Positions 17,958-25,587 of a DNA stretch of 64,000 nucleotides are shown in pieces. Source of the stretch: an uncultured Microthrixaceae bacterium (GTDB lineage Bacteria; Actinomycetota; Acidimicrobiia; Acidimicrobiales; DATDAH01); NCBI GenBank assembly GCA_963728005.1, contig CAVSIG010000005.1:446010-510009 (forward strand), written 5' to 3'. A program made the position numbers and the translations under genes. Every line of letters begins with the position of its first letter. Position 1 is the stretch's first letter. The notes under the pieces are model-generated. The model ran no database searches and was not told the DNA's origin. It was given only the letters and a program-made list of their open reading frames with translations.

Positions 17958-19057
17958 GTGCGTCCCACCTGGGCCGAGGTCGACCTCGGCGCGGTGGCCC
18001 ACAACGTCGGCCTCCTGGTCGAGCGGGCGGCCCCCGCCGAGGTCTGCGCGGTCGTCAAGGCCGACGGCTACGGCCACGGTGCGGTCCCCGTCGCCCAAGC
18101 GGCGCTGCAGGCGGGGGCCTCGTGGCTGGCGGTCGCCCTCGTCGAGGAGGCGGTCCCGCTCCGTGACTCGGGGCTCGACGGTCCCGATCCTGCTCCTCTC
18201 GGAGGCTCGGCCCCGACGAGTTCGACGAGGTCGTGGCGCTCGACCTCCGCCCGACGGTGTACACACCCGCCGGGGTGGCGGCGGCGGCCGCCGAGGGTGC
18301 ACCGCTGCGGGTCCACCTGAAGGTCGACACGGGCATGCACCGGGTCGGCGCTGCCCCGGAGGATCTGGTCGACCTCGCCCGGTCGGTGGTCGACGCCCCC
18401 TCGCTGACCCTCGAGGCCGTCTGGACCCACTGCGCCGTGGCCGACGAGCCCGACCGACCGTTCACCGCCGAGCAGCTGGCCCGCTTCGACGCAGCGCTCG
18501 ACGAGCTGGCCGCAGCGGGGATCGAGGTGCCCCTGACCCACGCCGCCAACTCGGCCGGTGCCATCGCCCACCCGGCGGCCCGCCGGTCGCTGGTGCGCGT
18601 GCGGGATCGCCGTCTACGGGATCGATCCCTCGCCCGAGCTCGCCGGCGCCCTGCCCCTGCGGCCGGCGCTGACGCCTCCGCTCGAAGGTGCGCCTGGTCA
18701 AGCGGGTGGCGGCGGGCGAGGGCATCTCGTACGGCCTGCACCACACCTTCGACCGGGACACCACCGTGGCCACCGTCCCCGTCGGATACGCCGACGGTGT
18801 CCGGCGGCGCCTCGGACTCCTGAACCAGGAGGTGCTGATCGGCGGGGTGCGGCGACCGATCGTGGGTGTCGTCACCATGGACCAGCTCATGGTCGACTGC
18901 GGTGACGACCACGGTGGCGGTGGGCGACGAGGTCGTCCTCCTCGGCCGGCAGGGCGACGAGGAGGTGACGGTGGCCGAGTGGGCCGAGCGCCTCGACACC
19001 ATCGGCTACGAGGTGACCTGCGCCCTCGGCCCCCGCATCCCCCGCCTCTGGACGTAG
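17958..19057 (+). pseudogene. alr: Alanine racemase. The reading frame is broken by five +1 insertions (~18186, ~18214, ~18602, ~18675, ~18910).
   Basis: [10 protein letters not shown] (PLP Lys), then ILLLSEARP | [16 protein letters not shown]...[12 protein letters not shown]...THCAVADE...THAANSAG | GIAVYGI | LRSKVRLVKRVAAGEGISYG...PVGYADG...VVTMDQLMVDCGDD | TVAVGDEVVLLG...IGYEVTCALGPRIPR. Each segment is in the next frame. Confidence 0.88.
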
Positions 19058-19078
19058 CCCCTGGCGCGCGCCGGGCCC

Positions 19079-19193
19079 TCCGTTCTGGTGGCAGCGACGT
19101 GTCGTCCACAACACAGGGCTGCCACCAGAACGGAAAGACGACGGTTCTGGTCGCAGCAGCGTGTCGTCCACAACACAGGGCTGCCACCAGAAC
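19079..19193. repeat. Doublet of long hairpins (REP/BIME-like). This is the left copy of a ~115-nt direct repeat bracketing the DUF559 gene.
   Basis: Hairpin A: TCCGTTCTGGTGGCAGC (19079-19095) pairs with GCTGCCACCAGAACGGA (19118-19134), with an inner GTGT...ACAC stem. Spacer AAGACGAC. Hairpin B: 19144-19193 (14 bp, 1 mismatch). Lies between the convergent stops of alr and the DUF559 gene. Confidence 0.85.
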
Positions 19194-19205
19194 GGAGAGG
19201 CTGGG

Positions 19206-20213
19206 TCAGGTTTCGCCGACCCGTGGTCTTGGCCAGGGACAGCCCGCGGAGTGGAGAACCACACGGCGGCCGACGGCGGCATGTGAGCGGGCCTCGGTGA
19301 CGGTCCGGACGACACCGGACTGACGCGACCACAGATCGTCCTCCCAGATGACACACACGGTGAACCCCGCGTCCATGAGGGCCTGATATCGGTGCTCGTC
19401 AGCTGCCCGGTCCGTCGGAGTCGTGTGAAAGGTGAGGCTGTTGATCTCGACGGCGAGGGGCAGGCGCTCGTCGGCGAAGTCGCACCGGCCGATCGGTTCG
19501 TGGCCTCCGAGCGTCTGCTGGCGACGGAAGGGTCGAACGCCGGCGCTGTCCAACACCTTCTCGAACTGGGTTTCCTGGCGGCTCTCCGTGGGGCTGGAAC
19601 CCGGCGGACGCTCCGCGGAGAGCTGGCGCATGATGACCGTCCCACTTCGACCGCGTTGGCGGATGTCATCGACCATCTCTTCGAGGCCTGCCCAGGTCAC
19701 GAGGCCGAGCCGATGCGCCTCGTCCAGCAAGCCGCCGATGCGCGCCAGACCGACCTCACGCAACCGATCGGGAGCGAAGCGCGCGGCCTCGGACCAGATG
19801 GCCCGGAGCGCGGTCTCGGTCACCACGCCCCGGACGACGATGACATCGTGGGCGCGAAGGGCGCGGAGCTGGTGCAGCGTGGCGAGGGACGTCGCAGAGC
19901 CCGACGCGTCCCTGACGCGAGCGACGTGGAGATCGGCGAGGTCGTAGGCGCGGAGCCCGAGCCACGCCAGGGTGGACGAGCCGTGGAGCACCGCGCCGGG
20001 GCTGGCATCGAGGATTGCGGCGAGGACGCGCTGTGTCACGCTCGCCGGCGCACTCGTCGATCGGAGCACACGGCTGCCGACCGGTTGCCATCGTCCGCTG
20101 CGAATGGCTCGCCACCAGTGGCGGGAGTCCAGCCCGTGAGCGGGGAGGTGGAAGCGGGCGACGAGCCCTTCGTGGTCGCGGGCGACCATCTGGAAGGCGA
20201 CTTCCCAGTGCAT
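19206..20213 (-). CDS. AbiEi-like N-terminal domain plus DUF559 (Vsr-like endonuclease fold) protein
   Basis: 335 aa. The C-terminus reads GRCDFADERLPLAVEINSLTFHTTPTDRAADEHRYQALMDAGFTVCVIWEDDLW, the DUF559 pattern. Third codon positions are visibly more A/T-rich than in neighbouring genes. Confidence 0.7.
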   Translation of the reverse strand: MHWEVAFQMVARDHEGLVARFHLPAHGLDSRHWWRAIRSGRWQPVGSRVLRSTSAPASVTQRVLAAILDASPGAVLHGSSTLAWLGLRAYDLADLHVARVRDASGSATSLATLHQLRALRAHDVIVVRGVVTETALRAIWSEAARFAPDRLREVGLARIGGLLDEAHRLGLVTWAGLEEMVDDIRQRGRSGTVIMRQLSAERPPGSSPTESRQETQFEKVLDSAGVRPFRRQQTLGGHEPIGRCDFADERLPLAVEINSLTFHTTPTDRAADEHRYQALMDAGFTVCVIWEDDLWSRQSGVVRTVTEARSHAAVGRRVVLHSAGCPWPRPRVGET

Positions 20214-20273
20214 CGCTCATCCCGGATCGGGCCCCGTCGTCATCCTCGTCCGCCTGTCAAGGCACTCGAGCTC

Positions 20274-20387
20274 TCGTTCTGGTGGCAGCGGCGTGTCGTC
20301 CACAACACAGCGCTGCCACCAGAACGAGAAGACGACGGTTCTGGTGGCAGCCCTGTGTTCTCAGCAACACAGCGCTGCCACCAGAAC
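20274..20387. repeat. Right copy of the hairpin doublet, in the same orientation as 19079-19193
   Basis: Hairpin C: TCGTTCTGGTGGCAGC (20274-20289) pairs with GCTGCCACCAGAACGA (20312-20327). Spacer GAAGACGAC. Hairpin D: 20338-20387, with a changed inner loop whose GTGTT/AACAC pairing is retained. Ends 16 nt before the ATG of the next gene. Confidence 0.85.
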
Positions 20388-20403
20388 GGGGGATAGTGAG
20401 GGG

Positions 20404-21501
20404 ATGGCGAGGGTCGTGTTGGTGGAGCCGTACTACGGCGGGTCCCACCGGCAGTGGGCGGACGGGCTGGTGGCCCACTCCCGCCACGAGATCCACCTGG
20501 TCACCCACGACGCCGCGTACTGGCGGTGGCGTCTGCGGGGGTCGGCGCTGACCCTGGCCGAGGCCGTCGCCCGGGTCGTGGCCGAGCACGGGCCGCCGGA
20601 CGTGCTCCTGGTCAGCGACATGGTGCACCTGCCCGCGCTGCTCGGGTTCCTGCGCCGGGACCTCGGCGACCCGGCCGTCGCCCTCTACCTCCACGAGAAC
20701 CAGCTCACTCACCCGGTGGGGCCTCGTGATCGCCCCGACGAGTCGCTGGCCATCGCCAACTGGCTCTCCATGGCGGTGGCCGACCGGGTGCTGGTCAACT
20801 CGGAGGCCCAGATGGCCGACCTCCGTCGGGCCCTCCCGGTGCTGCTCGGCCGGGCCCTCGACCACGGTCACGGCCACCGCCTCGACGAGGTGCTTGCCCG
20901 CAGCCAGGTGCTGCCAGTCGGTGTCGACCTCGAGGGCATCGCCGCAGACGGCCACCCACCGCCCGACGAGCCCGTCGTGGTGTGGAACCACCGTTGGGAC
21001 GTCGAGAAGCGGCCCGGCCGCCTGTTCAACGCGCTGCACCGCCTGGCCGACGAAGGGGTGGCGTTCCGTCTGGCGCTGGCGGGCGAGAACCTCAGGGTCG
21101 ACCCCCAGGAGTTCGACGCCATCCGGCAACGGCTCGGCGACCGGGTCGTCCACGTCGGCCCGCTCGACCGGGACGGGTACCACCGACTGCTGGCCGCCTC
21201 GGACGTCACGGTCAGCACGGCCGAGCACGAGACCTTCGGCATCGCCGCCGTCGAGGCGATGGCCGCCGGTTGCGTCCCCCTCCTGCCCAAGCGGCTCAGC
21301 TACCCGGAGATCGTGCCCGAGCGGTGGCACGAGGCCGTGCTCTACGGCGACGGCGAGCTCCGCGACCGACTGCGCATCGTCCTCACCGGTCTGCCCGCCG
21401 CCCGGGCCGCCGTCGACGGACTCGCCGACGCCATGCAGCGCCACGCCTGGCCGAACGTGGCGCCCACCTACGACGCCGTGATCGACGACCTCGCCCCGTA
21501 G
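20404..21501 (+). CDS. DUF3524 + GT4 glycosyltransferase, homologous to eukaryotic GTDC1 (tRNA-queuosine mannosyltransferase, QTMAN)
   Basis: MARVVLVEPYYGGSHRQW, YLHENQLTHPV, VVWNHRWDVEKRP, STAEHETFGIAAVEAMAAGCVPLLPKRLSYPEIVP. The upstream part of track ORF 20293.. is translated hairpin repeat, so ATG 20404 is preferred. Confidence 0.75.
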   Translation: MARVVLVEPYYGGSHRQWADGLVAHSRHEIHLVTHDAAYWRWRLRGSALTLAEAVARVVAEHGPPDVLLVSDMVHLPALLGFLRRDLGDPAVALYLHENQLTHPVGPRDRPDESLAIANWLSMAVADRVLVNSEAQMADLRRALPVLLGRALDHGHGHRLDEVLARSQVLPVGVDLEGIAADGHPPPDEPVVVWNHRWDVEKRPGRLFNALHRLADEGVAFRLALAGENLRVDPQEFDAIRQRLGDRVVHVGPLDRDGYHRLLAASDVTVSTAEHETFGIAAVEAMAAGCVPLLPKRLSYPEIVPERWHEAVLYGDGELRDRLRIVLTGLPAARAAVDGLADAMQRHAWPNVAPTYDAVIDDLAP

Positions 21502-21510
21502 TCTGCGCCG

Positions 21511-22932
21511 GTGAGGGAGGGCAGCGTGGACGGACAACCGGTGCCGGTGGAGCGCTGGTCGCCCGTCGATGCGCTGCGGATGGTGCTGAGCGGCCTCACG
21601 CTGCTGGTGATCATCCTCCTCGACCGCCTGGTGGGCGACGACCTCGTCGACTTCGTGTCGGACGTGCTCGCCGGCTTCCACACCGTCTCCGACGACCTGA
21701 TCCCGGTGCTCGCCGTCGTGGCCCGCGTCGCAACCCTGACCGTGCTGGCCCTCGGTGTCGTCGCCGCCACCCGCCGCGACCACTGGCGGTTCCTCGGCAC
21801 CGTGGTCGCCGGTGCCGGCCTGGGCGCGGTCCTCATCCTGCTTGTCGACGGGCTGCTCGAAGCCAGTGCCCCTGCGGTGGTGGACAGCGAGGACCTGCTC
21901 GGCGTCCTCGGGGACACGGGCTTCCCGACCGCCGCCGGCCTGGCGGCGATCACCGGTCTGGTGGCGGCGGGGGTGCCGTGGTTCGAGCGGCGCCAGCGGC
22001 GCCTCGGCTGGGCCTTGGTGCTCGTGCTCGCCTTGGTGCGGGCCTTCACCGAGCCGATCTCGCTGCAGACCTTCGCTGCGCTGGCGTGCGGCGTCCTCGG
22101 CGGGGCGCTGGCCGACGCCGCCCTCGGCACTCCGACGCGACGGCCGACCCACGCCGCCGTGGTCGAGGGCCTCGAGCGCAGCGGGGTGGCTTTGGCCGAG
22201 CTGCGGCCGGCCTCGGTCGACGCCCGCGGCTCCACGCCCTACTTCGGAACGACCGCTGACGGGACGGCCCTGTTCGTGAAGGCGCTCGGGGTCGACGAGC
22301 GCAAGGCCGACATCCTCTTCCGCATGGTGCGCTCGGTCATGCCCCGGGACCTGGGTGACGAGCGGCCCTTCTCGTCGCTGCGGCGAGCCGTCGAGCACGA
22401 GGCCTTCGTTGCCCTCGCCGTGTCGCAGCGCGGGGTGCGCACGCCGCCGCTGGCGGGCTTCGCCGCCGCCGAACCCGGCGGCTTCGTCCTCGCCTACGAG
22501 GCCATCGACGGCCGGTCCCTCGACGGGGTCGACCCCGACGAGCTCACCGACGAGGTCCTCGACGGGATCTGGGAGCAGATGGGGATCCTGCGGGACTCGG
22601 GCATCGCCCACCGAGACCTCCGGTTGGCCAACGTGTTCCTGGCCGCCGACGGCCGGGTCTGGATGATCGACTTCGGGTTCAGCGAGCTGGCCGCCAGCGA
22701 CCTGTTGCTGGCCACCGACCTGGCCGAGCTGGTGACCTCGCTCAGCTTCAAGGTGGGCGCCGAGCGGGCAGTCGACCGCGCTGCGGCGGCCGTGGGCCAG
22801 GCCACGCTGCTCGCCGCCATCGACCGCTTCGACCCGAAGTTCCTCAGCGGGGCGACCCGTTCCGCGGTGAAGGCCGACCCGGAGGTGCTGGTCGCCGTCC
22901 GGGCCCGGATCGAGCAGGGGGCGGACGGCTGA
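21511..22932 (+). CDS. Membrane protein: degenerate PAP2-like TM domain fused to a protein-kinase-like (Kdo/RIO-like) domain with intact catalytic motifs
   Basis: 473 aa. N-terminal helices with FPTAAGL / LVRAFTEPISLQTF in place of the PSGH / SRxxxxxHxxxD motifs. C-terminal ALFVKALG, VEHEA, IAHRDLRLANVFL, MIDFGFSE. Confidence 0.65.
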   Translation: MREGSVDGQPVPVERWSPVDALRMVLSGLTLLVIILLDRLVGDDLVDFVSDVLAGFHTVSDDLIPVLAVVARVATLTVLALGVVAATRRDHWRFLGTVVAGAGLGAVLILLVDGLLEASAPAVVDSEDLLGVLGDTGFPTAAGLAAITGLVAAGVPWFERRQRRLGWALVLVLALVRAFTEPISLQTFAALACGVLGGALADAALGTPTRRPTHAAVVEGLERSGVALAELRPASVDARGSTPYFGTTADGTALFVKALGVDERKADILFRMVRSVMPRDLGDERPFSSLRRAVEHEAFVALAVSQRGVRTPPLAGFAAAEPGGFVLAYEAIDGRSLDGVDPDELTDEVLDGIWEQMGILRDSGIAHRDLRLANVFLAADGRVWMIDFGFSELAASDLLLATDLAELVTSLSFKVGAERAVDRAAAAVGQATLLAAIDRFDPKFLSGATRSAVKADPEVLVAVRARIEQGADG

Positions 22933-23033
22933 GACGGTCCAAGGCCCTCGCGGTCGCCGGGGTCGGTGCCGCAACCTTCGCCGTCTCCGCCCGTCTCGCC
23001 GTCGACGACGAGGCGCGCACGACCGAGTCCCGG

Positions 23034-23564
23034 GTGTTCCACGCCGTCAACGGTCTCCCCGAGTGGCTCTATCCGGTCCTCTGGGGCCCGATGCAGTTGG
23101 GCAACCTGGTCGTCGGGGCGGTGGTGGCCTTCGCCGTCGCCCTCATCGGTCGCCGCCCCAAGGTGGCGGTCGCCGTGCTGGCCGCCGTCGTCCTGAAGCT
23201 CGTCGTCGAACGCGTCCTGCGGGACGTGCTGACCGCCGACCTGGAGGGGCGGCAGCGTCCCGGGACCTCGCAGGAAGACGCGACGCTCCGGGGCGATGTT
23301 CCGGTGGAGGGCCACAGCTTCCCGTCGGGCCACGTGATCCTGGTGGCCGCGCTGGCCGCCGTCCTGACGCCGCTGTTGCCGAAGCGATGGGCGGCGCTGC
23401 CATGGGCGGCGGTGGGACTGGTGGCCTTTGGGCGGGTCTATGTGGGCGCCCACAACCCCCTCGACGTGACGGCTGGCTTCGGGATCGGCCTCGCCGTCGG
23501 CTCTCTCCTCGACGTCGCTCTCGGCGAGGAGAACGTGCACTGGTCCCGTCACCCGGAGGGCTAG
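23034..23564 (+). CDS. PAP2 family lipid phosphate phosphatase with intact motifs
   Basis: KLVVERVLRDVL...RQRP, SFPSGHV, RVYVGAHNPLDVTAG. The true start may lie upstream: a hydrophobic RSKALAVAGVGAATFAVSARLAV segment is in frame from ~22932. Confidence 0.8.
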   Translation: MFHAVNGLPEWLYPVLWGPMQLGNLVVGAVVAFAVALIGRRPKVAVAVLAAVVLKLVVERVLRDVLTADLEGRQRPGTSQEDATLRGDVPVEGHSFPSGHVILVAALAAVLTPLLPKRWAALPWAAVGLVAFGRVYVGAHNPLDVTAGFGIGLAVGSLLDVALGEENVHWSRHPEG

Positions 23565-23912
23565 CCGGCCAGCGCCTTCCCGCCGCAGGTCTCTATCGTT
23601 GGTGGGCACAGGTATCGGAAGGGGTGTCGTGGCAGGCACCGAGTGGTCGACCCGCGGTCAGAGCGCCACAGACGCCGCGTTCCCGATTCCGAGCTCGAAG
23701 ATCCTTCCGGTTTCGGTTCGTCCTCGGGCCGTGTCCCGACGGAGGCTGCTCGACCGTCTCGACGGCACCCACGGTCCTTCGGTGACGTCCTCCCACTGCT
23801 GGGCTCGGTGGCGCTCCAGGCCGGCCACGACCCTCGACCCGGACGCCGCCCGCATCGACTTGGGCGACGGATCCGACCTCGCCGCGCCCACAACCGAAGA
23901 GGAAGCACCGTC

Positions 23913-25556
23913 ATGATCCAGTCAATCCGCATCTGGCTGCTCGTCTCGGTCATCGCGACCGCCGTTGCCCTCGTAGGCCTCGGCTTCCTGCACCCCGTGT
24001 TCTGGTGGCTGGAGCTGATCTTCGTGCCGCTGGCCGTCCTCGGGATCCGGGACTACCTGCAGCCGAAGCACAGCATCCTGCGCAACTACCCACTGGCCGG
24101 CCGGTTCCGGTTCCTGCTCGAGGACATGGGGCCGGAGGTGCACCAGTACCTCGTCGAGAACAACACCGAAGGCCGCCCCTTCGACCGGGACACGCGGTCG
24201 CTCATGTACGAGCGGGCGAAGAACGTCGGGGACAAGAAGCCCTTCGGCACCGAGCACGACGTCTACGAGCTCGGCTACACCTGGCTGTCCCACTCCATCG
24301 TCCCGCGGCCGATGATCGACGACCCGCAGAAGAACCTCCGGGTGACCATCGGCGGCGAGCAGTGTGCCCGGCCGTACTCGTCTTCCGTGCTGAACATCTC
24401 GGCCATGAGCTTCGGTGCCCTCGGCGGCGCTGCCGTCGAGGCCATGAACAAGGGGGCGGCGGCGGGTGGGTTCGCCCACGACACCGGGGAGGGCGGGATC
24501 TCCCGCTACCACCGCATTCATGGCGGCGACCTGATCTGGCAGATCGGCACCGGCTACTTCGGCTGCCGCTCCGCCGACGGGAACTTCGACCCCGAGCTCT
24601 TCACCACCAACGCCACGAGCGACCAGGTGAAGATGATCGAGATCAAGGTGTCCCAGGGCGCCAAGCCCGGCCACGGTGGGATCCTCCCGGGAGCAAAGGT
24701 CACCGAGGAGATCGCGGAGGCCCGCCTCGTCCCCGTGGGTCAGGACGTCTTCTCGCCCACCTACCACAAGGCGTTCTCGACCCCCTGGGAGATGACGGCG
24801 TTCATCGCCCAGCTCCGCGAGCTCTCCGGTGGCAAGCCGGTCGGCTTCAAGATCTGCATCGGTGACCCGCGCGAGTTCATGGCGATCGTGAAGGCCATGC
24901 TCAAGACCGGCATCTACGCCGACTTCATCGTCGTCGACGGCGGCGAGGGCGGAACGGGAGCGGCTCCGCTCGAGTTCTCCGATTCGCTCGGCATGCCGTT
25001 GCTGGAGGGCCTCATGCTCGTCCAGAACGTCCTGGTCGGCGCCGGCATCCGGGAACAGTTCAAGCTCGGAGCCAGCGGGAAGATGGTCAGCGCGTCGGCC
25101 ATCGCGCAGGCGATGGCGCTCGGCGCCAACTGGTGCAACACGGCTCGCGGATTCATGTTCGCCGTGGGCTGCATCCAGTCGCAGCGCTGCCACACCAACA
25201 AGTGCCCGGTCGGCGTGACCACCCAGGACGCGAAGCTCCAGCGGGCCCTCGTCGTCCCGGACAAGGCCGAGCGGGTCGCCAACTTCCACCGCAACACCGT
25301 CCACGCGCTGGCCGAGATGGTGGCGGCGATGGGCCTCGACCACTGCAACCAGCTGCAGCCCCACCAGGTGGTCCGGCGGGTGAGCGAGCACCAGGTCATG
25401 GCCTTCGACGAGATCTACAGCTTCCTCGCCGAGTGTGAGTTCGTCGACGGCAATGCCCCGAAACGCTTCCAGGACATGTGGGACCAAGCCACGGCCGAGT
25501 CCTTCCGCCCGCTCACTCCCGTCCCCAGCCCCCACCGGAAGGGAGCCCTCTCGTGA
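23913..25556 (+). CDS. FMN-binding glutamate synthase (GltB domain-2-like) family protein with an N-terminal membrane anchor
   Basis: ATG 23913 gives MIQSIRIWLLVSVIATAVALVGLGFL. Then ISAMSFGALG, KVSQGAKPGHGGILPG, VVDGGEGGTGAAP, GFMFAVGCIQSQRCHTNKCPVGVTTQD. Confidence 0.85.
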   Translation: MIQSIRIWLLVSVIATAVALVGLGFLHPVFWWLELIFVPLAVLGIRDYLQPKHSILRNYPLAGRFRFLLEDMGPEVHQYLVENNTEGRPFDRDTRSLMYERAKNVGDKKPFGTEHDVYELGYTWLSHSIVPRPMIDDPQKNLRVTIGGEQCARPYSSSVLNISAMSFGALGGAAVEAMNKGAAAGGFAHDTGEGGISRYHRIHGGDLIWQIGTGYFGCRSADGNFDPELFTTNATSDQVKMIEIKVSQGAKPGHGGILPGAKVTEEIAEARLVPVGQDVFSPTYHKAFSTPWEMTAFIAQLRELSGGKPVGFKICIGDPREFMAIVKAMLKTGIYADFIVVDGGEGGTGAAPLEFSDSLGMPLLEGLMLVQNVLVGAGIREQFKLGASGKMVSASAIAQAMALGANWCNTARGFMFAVGCIQSQRCHTNKCPVGVTTQDAKLQRALVVPDKAERVANFHRNTVHALAEMVAAMGLDHCNQLQPHQVVRRVSEHQVMAFDEIYSFLAECEFVDGNAPKRFQDMWDQATAESFRPLTPVPSPHRKGALS

Positions 25557-25587
25557 GCACGGCCACGTCTTCGACTGAGGTGTCGCC

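Noticed and set aside
31-19057. The frameshifts could be programmed ribosomal frameshifting or recoding.
   Set aside because: I see no slippery heptamers or stimulatory structures at the shift sites, and the contexts differ. There are up to eight shifts in one gene, including both +1 and -1. Such recoding is not known for rpoA, alr, groEL or nnr.
19079-20387. The repeated palindromes could be a CRISPR array.
   Set aside because: There are only two repeat loci (each a doublet). They are separated by 1.2 kb that contains a full protein-coding gene. The repeats are long perfect hairpins, there are no regular 30-40-nt spacers, and no cas genes lie in the window.
19079-20387. The hairpins could be integron attC sites, making the DUF559 gene an integron cassette.
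   Set aside because: attC sites read RYYYAAC ... GTTRRRY. Here the order is the opposite (GTTCTGG ... CCAGAAC), and the fourth base (C) violates GTTRRRY. No intI or attI is nearby.
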